DNA of 64,000 nucleotides from Eutreptiella sp. 'Long Island Sound 2002' (taxonomy: Eukaryota > Protista > Euglenida), in assembly GCA_964036045.1 (NCBI GenBank), contig OZ038378.1, positions 6,014,001 to 6,078,000 of the forward strand, in the 5' to 3' direction. The stretch's first letter is position 1, and each line of letters starts with the position of its first letter. The notes under the pieces are model-generated. The model made no database searches and was not told the DNA's origin. It worked only from the letters and a program-made list of their open reading frames with translations. Below are positions 1-10,560 of this stretch, piece by piece. The position numbers and the translations under genes were made by a program.

Positions 1-669
1 AAAATTACCTTTTCAAGGTTTGGCGGATTTTCTTCGCTTGTAAGAAAAGGGAGAGGGTCACCAAATCATAGCACTCATTCCCCTTGAAACCCATGTCCAC
101 CTGCCACAATGCCGGAATTTTTTGCACAGCACCCCTCAATCTTCAAACACGACCCAAGATTTCCCGAAACAACCGAGCTGAATTGAGAGCCGGCACCTTC
201 AGTGCTCTTTTCAAGGGCCACACCCATTGGGCCGTGCGCCACCATAGTTTGTCGCGATACCCTTGATCATTGTCGGTGCACCCCATGAACAAACATTTTT
301 CACCGAATCACTGGCGGCCCTAAACTGCGTAGAACCAATGGTGCACATGCTTGAACTCGTGTTGCCTTTTGTTAACACCCAAACACGCACACACAACGTG
401 CGTTGTACATAGCATACCGCAATGATACCACAACGTGGGGGGTGCATGTGTCTCCCGAATGCCGACGTTGAAACCCATGATGGGTTCGGCACTTCGTTGC
501 CTACATTGAACCATCCATACACCATGTAAACGAATATTTTGTGTGTTTCTCCATCCACAAATTTCCGATGTTATACGCACCAAACGCGGGGTTTTGATGA
601 AGATCTCACCGGGCACCGGGCACAATAGTGGGACTAGGTGTGGGCAAACGAAGCACCCGTCCGACACGC

Positions 670-1188
670 CTATTCCGCCATCCTCTTCTCGAACTCCTTT
701 GGCTCCACACGCGTTTGGACCCGCGGCTTCGACCGCGAAATCGGTACGTATTTGTGCTTTATCATGTGATCAACCCGCTTCTTCATGGTCAAGATAAATA
801 GGAGCACGAAGTAGAACAACAAAATGGGCCAATACACTGGCACATCAAAGATTCGCGAGGTGGTTAAGAACATGGCGACGCATATCGCTTTGCATACGGC
901 GAACCAAAATCGGTATTCTGGAAGCTTTCGGACAAAGGGCCTAAACTCGTCGTCAGCGTGTGTCGGCAAAATTCCAGCGTCATCGTCAAGATCGGGGTCG
1001 CTTTGCGGGGAAATGAATTGTATGAAGAGATTTAAACAAAATATGCCCAAGCCATACGTGATGATGTAAAAGCCATGCGCAAACCATATGCGCACAGCGT
1101 ATATGGACGCTAATACGAACGCAATGGCCCAACGGAGAGCGATTTTGGGGACCAAGAAATCCAACGTTTTTTGAAAGCGGTCCACCAT
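670..1188 (-). CDS. RER1: Rer1 family ER-retrieval membrane protein (divergent; main ORF uninterrupted)
   Basis: Translation has the Rer1 hallmarks: 'GFYIITYGLGIFCLNLFIQFISP', 'LPTHADDEFRPFVRKLPEYRFW', 'DVPVYWPILLFYF..LF..TMKK...HMIKHKYVP'. A possible extra 5' exon 1353-1285 (MSGIRTKGAIPFSEPLTRGAIQK) joins in frame via an 81-nt GT..AG intron (1284-1204, ending ...atccttcatag). It would supply the usual ~25-aa N-terminal extension but is speculative. Confidence 0.93.
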   Translation of the reverse strand: MVDRFQKTLDFLVPKIALRWAIAFVLASIYAVRIWFAHGFYIITYGLGIFCLNLFIQFISPQSDPDLDDDAGILPTHADDEFRPFVRKLPEYRFWFAVCKAICVAMFLTTSRIFDVPVYWPILLFYFVLLFILTMKKRVDHMIKHKYVPISRSKPRVQTRVEPKEFEKRMAE

Positions 1189-1480
1189 TGATGTGTGTGG
1201 CGGCTATGAAGGATGTAGAAACATAGTGGAAAACAAGGGGCGTGAGCATCATGGGAGCTATTCACACTTTGGTTCCACGGAAACCTTTTGTATTGCCCCC
1301 CTAGTGAGCGGCTCCGAGAATGGGATAGCGCCCTTTGTTCGTATACCACTCATCTCGCACCACTATATTCTTTTTCGTCGGAGCAAGTAAATCATACTGA
1401 CTGCACTAGTGTGGTCCGCAGGGTCCGAAACCCCCCCCCAACCTCAACTTGATCCCGTGATCACGGATCACTGGCTCCAA

Positions 1481-1975
1481 TTAGCTAAATCGCGACAAGA
1501 CTGTCGCATGGGTACTTTGGCCCCATGGTACGCCTGTTGCTTTGCGCGGCTTGCACCATTTGCGGTTGGCGATGTGGTTGCTTTTACCTTCAATGGCCTC
1601 GATACAAAACGTGTGCCATGTCGGAGCGTATTTCCCACGTTGCTGGTAGAAATCGCTTCGGCTAGGTTTTGATAGTTGTTTCCAAATCCCAGCAAGCCTT
1701 TGCTGTAAAAGTGGTGATTGACAATCTGGGAAAACCGACAAACTGACACTCAAAGAAAACTTCGACCTAAGAAAAAATTGGGGAAGCTGAAAGAAAGAAA
1801 GGAACGGGCATCGCCGTGGATTCGATGGTATGGTGCTCACGTGGGCAGATCTGCATCGGCTAAAATTGGGGACGTGCCACAGAATTTCATACCCTTCCTG
1901 TAGGAGTGAAACACGGCATCCTGGCTGCTGTGTGTGCCAGGCGCAGGAACGCCCCTATTGTCTCCGAAGCACTCA
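1481..1975 (-). CDS. Putative spliced orphan gene (5' end unresolved)
   Basis: ORF 1837-2280 and ORF 1481-1840 join in frame (phase 2, AC|G) through a 74-nt intron 1840-1767: donor GTGAGC, acceptor tttctttctttcagcttccccaattttttcttAG. Product ...ECFGDNRG...DADLPT/SKFSLSVSLSVFPDCQSPLLQQRLAGIWKQL...SRFS*. No family recognised. Confidence 0.35.
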
Positions 1976-2202
1976 CTGAGAGAAAACCCACGCCTCAACC
2001 AGCAAATTCTTTGGCGGGTCAACGAGTGCAGTGTGCGATGTGCACTGCATCGTGACCAACAACTCCCCAACTGTTGAATGTGGTGGTGGAACCACCTTCT
2101 TTTTTTTGTAGTCACCTTGTTTCGAGGTGGTTGGTGGTAGCTTCCTCTTTCTGCAGTGCACACCGGGCAGCTCCGAATACCTGCTTCTCCACCACCACAA
2201 AA

Positions 2203-2717
2203 ATGGCGGCAGTCAGTGAAGAACCACAACAGGCACCAGAGGTACCTGCGGAGGAACCTGCGGAGGAACCTGCGGAGCAATGGAGCATCTACAACACAGC
2301 GAAAATTGAGAGGGATGACCGCTTTGGTATGTTTGCGTCTTCATTGTTTCCTTGACCCTGTCCGACCTTCCAGAACAAAGCCGCCCACTCGGATGCACTG
2401 GTCCACGGGTGGCAACAACCACAGGGAGGGCCAGCATCAGCCCGAAATCGTTGCTGTGCGTTGCTTTCTGCGGGACAGTGACGAGGGCTGCTGTGGTGGA
2501 CGACGTTCTTCACCGCTGTACAGACATTTACAAGTATGATTTCAGCGAAACAGCGAAGAATAGTGTTACCGAAGCGGTCACGGTTCTAAACAAAGGGGAA
2601 ATCCACTGGTCTCACGACTATGCCGTAGTTTACAGCAACCGCGAGAGATGCTACTTCGTGCTGGCCAAGGTTGGACTGAAACCTTGCCTGGCGGCCGTTC
2701 AGGAACAGGCCGAGTAA
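2203..2717 (+). CDS. Putative two-exon orphan gene, 155 aa, acidic PAEE-repeat N-terminus
   Basis: ATG at 2203 in A-rich context (cacaaaaATGG). Exon 1 (2203-2326) and exon 2 (2374-2717) join in phase through a 47-nt intron, GTATGT...ccgaccttccAG (2327-2373), giving ...DDRF-EQSRPLGCTG...VQEQAE*. Total 468 nt. A 12-bp tandem (gaggaacctgcg) encodes PAEE. Confidence 0.6.
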
Positions 2718-4659
2718 GGCTCCATTCGTTTGCGCCGCGCTCTGACACCTACACTGGACATGGAAACTAAACAAAAGCATGGAAAGATAAGTGAGTTTGC
2801 TTGTGCACCACCTTTGGCAGTGCACACGCCCTTTGCACGTTGGAACGGATTCGACGTCCAACGTGCGCTGGCACTGTACCGGATCCGACAAAATGCGACG
2901 ACCACTTAACAAGTATCATGTTGGGGCATAGCGGAAGTTTGCCACCGCCCCCCTTTTTAGAGCTGAGGCGCACGTGTTTGAAGCTGAAGTATTTAGGTTT
3001 GTATGGGTTCTCGAACGATGTGTTATTGTGCTCAAGGTTCTCTGGATTAATCTGCTTTAGTCTTGAGAGTGTAAAGCAGGTTCAACCCAAGTGAATCGAT
3101 CCCGGTTCTTCTGGTTGAGTCCTTTTCTGTGTTGTGCTGTTGAGAAGTACCCATCGTTGTTGCATGGTCTCAGCCACTCAACACTGTTCTGTATATACTA
3201 GAGGAGTACAAGTGTGGGGGTTTAAAGAAGATGCTGTGCCCAACTTGCTTCCTACCAGGACAACTGGGCAGTGCCAGCGAGGCCCATGCTGCACTTTGCC
3301 AAAAAGAAACTATTTCGCTGTGTTTTGGCGCTTTGACCTGCTTTCAACAGGTATGCCACAAGCCCCGGCAAAGGTTCTTTCTTGGTCACCCCAGCCGTGG
3401 TGCTCACCACTGTGCTGCTGTGGGAGCAAGAGCACTGGTGGTGCGCCTTGGTCATGGTGTCGGTGGTTGCCATACACAGGGCTGGGGTCAGCTGTCCCAG
3501 GCTCGTTGAATGCCATGGAATTTTAGATGCATGGGGAGGTGGAAACGATGCATGCAACAATTTACCCCATTACCGAGGTATTGATTACATTTGAGCACCA
3601 TAGCCAGATTGCCATACATACTGCAGAAATTGTTCGCATAGACCAACTAGCCCCTAGCTCATAACCCTCACATTGTCATTTGCTGTTTACAGGGGCATGC
3701 AGGTCCCTGGCAGAATGTCGACCATCAGGCTGCCCAAAAGAGAGGAATCCCCCCCCCCCCCCCCCCGAGTAAAAGTGGTGCCCGAACACTGTTCCACTAA
3801 GCATGGTGCCAAAACGTTTGATTCCCATCATAGTGCCACCCCGAACTCCCATATCCAGCAAACACTTTCCCACACAACTCTTGTCCTGTTGCACACCATT
3901 GAGGTCATCAATGAAAAACAAGTTTTCGTGAGTCATTTGCTTCTTTGAGGAATTTTGGGACCATGCAGGGGCCGGCTGCACCTTGGTCGTAGGCCACGGA
4001 CTCCTTCCGTATCCAAGCCGAGCCCCCTCCGCCCACCTGATGCATGTAAAACAAGTAATGGTTTTATCACTACCTCTCGAAGACCTTTTTAGACCATAAT
4101 TTTGATTATTATTTTTGTCACTGGCACCCAAAGAAATTTGGACCCTGTGATGCCATTTGAAAGAAGAGGTCGCAAGGGAACCACAAAAAAGTTATTTTGG
4201 AATTTTGACACTTTGCAAGTAGCACCCAAAATAATTTGAGCATCACTAATGTGTAGGTGAGGCAATACTATTTGTAAAGGTTAAGTTTGGCAATTTCATC
4301 AATTGTGATTTGAGTTACAGGTTGCTCAATTCATCGTGTAATGTGGTTATGTACCCCTTGGATAACATCGTTAAAAACTGAGTTCTCATCAAGGAAAGGT
4401 ATGTCTTGAAGGATGGGAATCATACTTTGCTTTGGCCACACGTTGTTGCTTGGTCCACCGGAGAGCAAGCATGTAGGTGGTCATCTTACAATTGGTAAAT
4501 ATTCGTCAACATGCTGGCTCTTTTGTCCCAACCTAAAGACACAAGGGTGATTGTCATATGGTGAACGGAGCGGAGACACATCACATCATGTATCATTTGA
4601 GCAGACAACATGGATAATACCCATTTCCGTGGTATCTTTTAGGTGCGCAACAGGCAAAG

Positions 4660-5118
4660 GGTTTGCTAGTTTGGATATGTATGGAGTAAACAACGTCTTA
4701 CAGTGTATCTTTTGAGCTCTAATGCATGTTGTGCAGCAAAAATTTTTTGTGCCTAGGAACGCCAAGGCCTGTAAAACGTCCATGGGAACTAACTAACTAG
4801 TACACATGTATAGTATGTACTTCGGTTTTTACCCTGATATGGGCTAAGGGTGGCATACAGGGCTGATCAAGTTCAATAGAGACCAGTGCTGCTTGAACGA
4901 GCTGTTGTTTGCATGTGACCCCTACAACATTTAATCATTTTGTTGCGGAAATGGCATATTTTCTAAATGGTCCGCATATCCGGGCAGTGCGCCGCGTAGG
5001 CTCTAAAGGGTGTGCAAAATGCAAAAGGTCAACTTGGAACTACATAACGATGCCGAAAGTCATGGCAATCGAAATCAAAAGCCTCCACAAAGAAGCAAAT
5101 TTTGCACTTCAAAGTTAA
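4660..5118 (+). pseudogene. Possible decayed ubiquitin-specific protease (USP/UCH)-like fragment
   Basis: 'MYGVNNVLQCIF*' (~4677-4712) loosely resembles the USP Cys box (CY.NSVLQCL). 'GCAKCKRSTWNYITMPKVMAIEIK' (ORF 4909-5118) resembles the C.KC...LP.VL.I.L segment. Stops interrupt the reading; similarity judged by eye only. Confidence 0.2.
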
Positions 5119-5538
5119 ATAACCCCCTTGGTTGGTGCACTGTAAAGTCAAAGTGATATCAAATTTCACGTTGATCTACGTTGCAAGCCTAGTTTTCTTG
5201 ATTTTTTTGTTTGGTTTTGATTTACTGTTTTTATCTACTTTGTTTCACCTCTGCCACTAACTTTATGTGATTCCGAAGAATACCCCATTTGTTGGTTGTT
5301 TCTCTAAACTACGTGTCATGGCCACTAAGATTGTTTTGTTGTTTGCAAACTTTCGACTAAGACTTCTTTTTTTTTTTCCAAAACTTCATTCCACTGCAAG
5401 CACATTTTCTTTTAAGGTTTCAAAAATTGCTTTCGTTTTGTAGGACGATTTTTTGTTTTCAACTAAACGATTTGCTTTATATTTTTTTATGAATTTTTGT
5501 TTTGTTGTCTTGAATTTCCACAATTGTTTAGCGATGGC

Positions 5539-5955
5539 TTCCGGTTTCGGAAGTTACACCTCACTCGAGTGCTCCGGTACTGAGGTGAGAGACTAGGTGA
5601 GGATGTATGTGTAAGCCGCTAAGTGGTATCCCAGCAATATATGACATATCGCGGGAGAAGAGTTGATCCCGCGAGCAAATGCTGTTGGGAACGGGCCGCA
5701 ATCCAGCAATATACAAAACTCAACCACTGCGGCAAGAGCGAGACGGGGAACGTGAGGACCCAGAAGAAATAGCAATGCGGTATAAGTGGGAAACCCGCAA
5801 TAGGCACAACTCTTTTGTGCGGCCACTACCCTGCTTTTGTTGAGGGACAAATTTCGGTTTCGGAAGTTAAGCCTCATTTCAGCGCTACGGTACTAAGGTA
5901 GGAGATCACCTGAGGGTGTATGTCTCAGTGACTAAGTGGTATCTCAGCAGTATTC
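5539..5955. repeat. Diverged ~105-bp direct repeat pair (5539-5642, 5853-5955)
   Basis: Both copies read ttc(c)ggtttcggaagtta..cctca......cggtact.aggt...ga....tgagg.tgtatgt......ctaagtggtatc.cagca.tat. Confidence 0.8.
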
Positions 5956-6543
5956 AAATAATGTTCTTTTAAGGTTTTACCTCATCCATGTAACTTTGTT
6001 ATTTTTTTAAAGCTTTTTCTATTACAGAGTTTTGACAAGTTTTTTTTTTTTTGAAAAAATGATCCTACCCGCCACACCTTTGGGGGCATGAAAAGTACAG
6101 AGGTAGACATGAACTTTTTTCTTTTTCGCGGAAGTTTGGCGGCAAATGTTTCAATCCGAGAACTTAAAAAAGCCACAAAATTAAGCATTTGTGCAAAAAA
6201 GAATACCTTTACGCGGGCAAGACTTCTTTTTGCTTCTAGTGATCATCATGGCACAGGAAATTTTGGCTAGATGGTAATCTGTATGAGGCACAAATAGGGG
6301 CCACAGCACCTGCCAAGGAAGACGTGCGCTTTGGGCAAGTACCTCGGCAGTGAGGTCGTCGCCGCTTGAACTGAAGAATTGCAGGCATCTTTTCTAAATC
6401 AACCTTAGAGTGTAAAGTATTAATGTTAGTTTTATCCTCTGCAGAGCCCGAAAGTGGAGAGAAAGAGGTTAAAAAAAGGGACAACAAATGCACCGCAAGT
6501 AGATCACACATGGCGTCAATGGCGTCTGCAAACTCTATGGCAG

Positions 6544-6650
6544 GATGCACCCTACGCTACGACGCCGTGATCGCGGATTTCCAGGTTTCCAGCTCCATCC
6601 ACTTCTTCACCGACTTCATCATGTAAACCTTCCAATTCTTGGCACCAAGG
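6544..6650. other. Isolated exon-like, GC3-biased fragment, strand ambiguous
   Basis: Plus frame GCTLRYDAVIADFQVSSSIHFFTDFIM* follows ...tatggcAG. Minus frame DLGAKNWKVYMMKSVKKWMELETWKSAITAS* follows ...cttgtAG. The two frames share third positions, so the strand cannot be decided. Confidence 0.25.
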
Positions 6651-6673
6651 TCTACAAGTGTCTTTGACCCGAG

Positions 6674-7070
6674 TAGGGTTCCGAACCGGTTTTGCGAAAT
6701 TAGCGGAAAAAACAGTAACCGGCAATAATCGGAGGTTATTTTTAACACACCCGGCACAACCGGCTTTTTTCAAAATTGATTAAAACAAATTACTTGGAAT
6801 GGTTCCAATTGTTTTAGTTTCTTTCCGGCAATATATTTTGTCCAACCTTTGCACTAAAAGGGGGCTTTGGTAGCCATAAACGGTGGCCGATGGTGAACTA
6901 CAACTTCCCGGGTAGCTTTGATCACTATGCTCCAACTTGTATGGGCTGTCTTTTGACATACGGCAATTTTTGGGTTAGTGAAGAGAAATTAATCGGAAAA
7001 ATCGGTTATTTTTATAAAAGGAATTGTCAAAATCCGCTTATTTTCAAAACTACAAGGTTCCAAACCTTAA
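6674..7070. mobile_element. hAT-type MITE copy 1 (~400 bp)
   Basis: Starts TAGGGTTCCGAACC and ends TTCCAAACCTTA (imperfect TIR). Interior is rich in aaccgg/aatcgg motifs and aligns with 7301-7700. Flanks gacccgag / gactgagt are only an imperfect TSD. Confidence 0.65.
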
Positions 7071-7300
7071 GACTGAGTCTCTTCTTGTATATAGCATTCG
7101 TGTGCGGTGCTCCGCGAAGTTGAGTTGCATATAGACAAAACCCCACTTGCCTTAGGTAACTGGCATTTCGGGACCTTAGGCCATCTTTGTAGCCTGTTTT
7201 TTGACAATATTCCTAGGCGTATAGAAACATGAACTTCATTAGCGAAGGTCATTTGCTTAAGAAACTTGTACGACAATGTTCAATTACCTTAAAGAACTAT

Positions 7301-8137
7301 TGGGGTTCGGAACCAGTTTTACCAATTAATAGGAAAAACCGGTTGCCGGCAACAATCGGAGGTTATTTTCAAAACAACCAGCACAACCGGTTATTTTGAG
7401 AAATGATTTGAATCAATTAACGTTATGTTGGACAGTTCGTTTTGCCCAATTTTTGCACTAGAAAGAGGCTTTGGTAGCAATAAACGATGGTCGATGGTCA
7501 ATTACAGCTTTTGAGGCAGTTTTGATCACTGTGCTCCGACTCGTATGGGCTCTCTTCTGACAGATGGCAAAGTTTTGGTTAGTGAAGGTCAATTAATCGG
7601 AAAAATCAGTTCTTTGGAAAACTATTAATCGGCAAAACCGGTTATTTCAGTAACAACAATCGTTTTAACCTGGTTATGTTCAAAACTAGCAGCTTCCAAA
7701 TTAAGGTTCGGAATCGGTTTTACCAATTAATCGGATAATCGGATTAATTGGATTAATTGGGTCTAATGTGACAAATAATCGGTAAAACTGATTACTTTGA
7801 AAACTGGTATAAACCAATTAATTGGACAAGTTATGTATGTTGATACACCACGAAATGTTTCTTATCAAAAACCAGAAGCTTTTGCAAAATCACAGGCACT
7901 TTGGGATAAAAGTCAAAGGTTTAGCATGTCCTTCACCTCTATTTTCCTGTTTACTATCCCTTAGGTAAAAGTTCACGGCTTTTCAGCAATAATTGCATTT
8001 TGTAGAGACAACAATCGAAAATAACCGATTATTTTTATGTCATATAATCGGAATAATTGGTTATTTTTATAGAAATAATTGAAAACAATTGGTTATTTTT
8101 GCATGAAACCAATTCCGAACCTTACTTCCAAACCTGA
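7301..8137. mobile_element. hAT-type MITE copy 2, interrupted in its right TIR by copy 3
   Basis: Starts TGGGGTTCGGAACC and ends cttccaaacctga. Perfect 8-bp TSD AGAACTAT at 7293-7300 and 8138-8145. An 8-bp TSD with a short TIR is typical of hAT elements. Confidence 0.8.
7701..8124. mobile_element. hAT-type MITE copy 3 (nested)
   Basis: Ends TAAGGTTCGGAATCGGTTT and AAACCAATTCCGAACCTTA are inverted repeats. Perfect 8-bp TSD CTTCCAAA at 7693-7700 and 8125-8132. Confidence 0.85.
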
Positions 8138-9169
8138 AGAACTATTGTGTTGTGTAAAGCAAACTTCGCTTGGCTTCAAGTCCGTACCAGCGTCGTACGA
8201 ATTTGAGGCATCTTACGTATCACTTCTTTCTGCCATGGAGCTCATTTACCGTACCGCTTATAGTCTTAAAACTGAGTTGCAAATGCCTTCAACTATTGCA
8301 AGTTCATTGTGCGCACATCACTGATCTTAGCTACCCGACAAAATTTCCCGTTAGGGTTCGGTTTAGGGCTCGAATGTGCCGTGCAGCAAGCTGCCTTGGC
8401 ATGAGATGGGTTTTCTTTGGTTGCTTGAAGGAACTATCATTTTGGGACCTTAAGCAATAAGGTGTTGGTGTGTTGTGTTTGTTCTGGTGTTGTGTCCACT
8501 GCTGCAGTTGTTTTCTAGATAGATAAATCTGCACGCATTTTGAAATAGTCCAAACAAACCAAGACAAATCCACAATGGACCAGGAGGACCAACTTCAGAC
8601 ACGAAGGGCTGCAGTTCGGAACAAAGATATGAAATTTCAAGCTTAGCATGCACAATAGCAACTTTGATCAGAATCTAATTGCAGATTATAAAAACATAGT
8701 GAAAATCATATTCAAAAAGAATAGAAAACTGCCCTAGGGTCGCACCATCTGACTTCAAGGTCACTGTGAGATGTGCACCCTTTACATTAGCTCCATTTTT
8801 GATGAATCGGCATGTTTGTAGCAAATGAGGTGACAGCCATGTCACTTGCATCACCTCGGGCTCTTCTTACCTTAAATAGGCTACTAGGGTTCGAGCTCAG
8901 GACCTCTCAAAGAGATGTGCCTTATATCCCAGAGTGTAGACCAATAGGATAGGTAAAGATGCTAAACAATGGTCGAAAAATTAATGCATCGAGTTCGCCC
9001 CAATGTCAGTGCATGGGGAAAACAGAATATGCCTTACAAAACATAAAGATAGGTCACACTATGGGTGTGTAATGGCTTAATACCTTCATTGAGGTCACAT
9101 TTACATGATGTGAGAAGTACCATGAGATTCAGTATTTCAGAGCCAAAATTATGCTGCAGCCCCATGTTC

Positions 9170-10560
9170 AGTCCACACACTAGCCACAATAACAAAAATT
9201 GACAAACAAAAATCATCCACCCCAAGACTTTTAGTGGAGTCTTGGTGTCACCTGCTAGTGCTGCTATGGCTGATGTTGTTCACTTGTGAGGTTTGATTAA
9301 CGTTGGGTGGTGTGTGGACTGAACATGGGACTGCTCCCTATCGCACATTGGGAGCAATGAGCAGGCAACGGTCGCATCCTCGGCTATCAACTCCAAAGGC
9401 TTGGACATGACACGGCTTAAAAAAACTAACTTGGCATTTGCGTTTAGCCTCAAACCTCTTTGCAGGTAAAACTTTGATCGGCCCGGAACCCCATGAGCAA
9501 ATATCCATTCCCGGCCGAAAATGCAGCTATTGCGACCAGAGGAGGGGTCTTTGCTTTCACTTTGAAACACCGCCCTAGGTTGCGTAAAAATTTCGCCCCA
9601 GTGCTGCCTCCCTCCTTGGTCACGTGTGCCGTTATATTGCATTCTTGGAGTCATCCGCAGCCATGACTGAGGAGGGAAACAGGCACCGAGGGAAAACCTT
9701 GCCGCAAGCTAGGGCGGGGCATAAAAAGGGACACAAACATCCCCTCTCGGGTAGCAAAAGCACCATTCTCTGCGACGAATAGACATTACTTTTATACGGT
9801 TCCGGGCCGCTCAGCGTTTGACCAGTGAAGAGGTTTCAAGGTGAATGCATATCTCAACTTTCCGGACGTTTCCGGACGCTTCGACATTCACGCGGAGGAT
9901 TTCATTACCATTAACTGCTCAGTAGTTTTGATCAGCAGCAGTCCCATATTCAGTTTACACACCAGCCGCGATAACAAAATTTACAAATGAACGACATCGG
10001 CACTAGCACTTACAGTGGACTCTTGGAGTCGGCAGCAGCCATGACCATGGAAAGCAGCAGCACCGGGGGAAGGCCCTGCCGCAGCCTAAGGCGGGGTTTC
10101 AATGCGAAAGCAAGCTAGGAATGGACATTGCTTTCATGGGGTTCCAGGTCGATCAAGGTTTGACCGGTGAAGAGTTTTCAGGGTGAATGCATATGTCAAC
10201 TTTCGACTTTCTGTCTGTTGTATCCAAACGCTTCGGCATTCAAGCCGAAGCCCTGCGTTAGGCTGCAGCCAGAGCCCCAATGCACCTGCCTTCCCTGGTG
10301 ATGGCTGCTGCTGACTCCAAGAGTCCATCGCTAGTGCTGATGTTGTTTCCTTCTGATTTTTTTTTATTGCGGATGGTGTGTGGACGGAACATGGGACTGA
10401 TGCTAATCTTAAAAGCGGAGGCAAGCACACCTCCCCCCCCTCCGGTCACAATGGCACCATTCTCAACTGGGACTGGACATTGCTTTCATGGGGTTCCGGG
10501 CCGATCAGGCTGATCAAGGTTTTGCTGGGGAAGAGGTTTGAGGGTGATTGCATATCTCAC
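9170..10560. repeat. Cluster of fragmented dispersed repeats in both orientations
   Basis: 'ggacattgctttcatggggttcc.gg.cgatca.gg...ga.gag.ttt.agggtga.tgcata' occurs at ~10124 and ~10476, partially at ~9799, and inverted at ~9470-9510. 'acac.agcc.c.ataacaaaa.t' occurs at ~9175 and ~9956. Confidence 0.7.

Noticed and set aside
120-667. Protein-like minus frame (…GYRDKLWWRTAQWVWPLKRALK…) downstream of RER1
   Set aside because: Interrupted by two stops with no convincing intron, and no family recognised.
3676-4131. 151-aa ORF with 'LFFIDD' as a Walker B motif
   Set aside because: No Walker A or other ATPase motif; the ORF runs through a poly-C tract.
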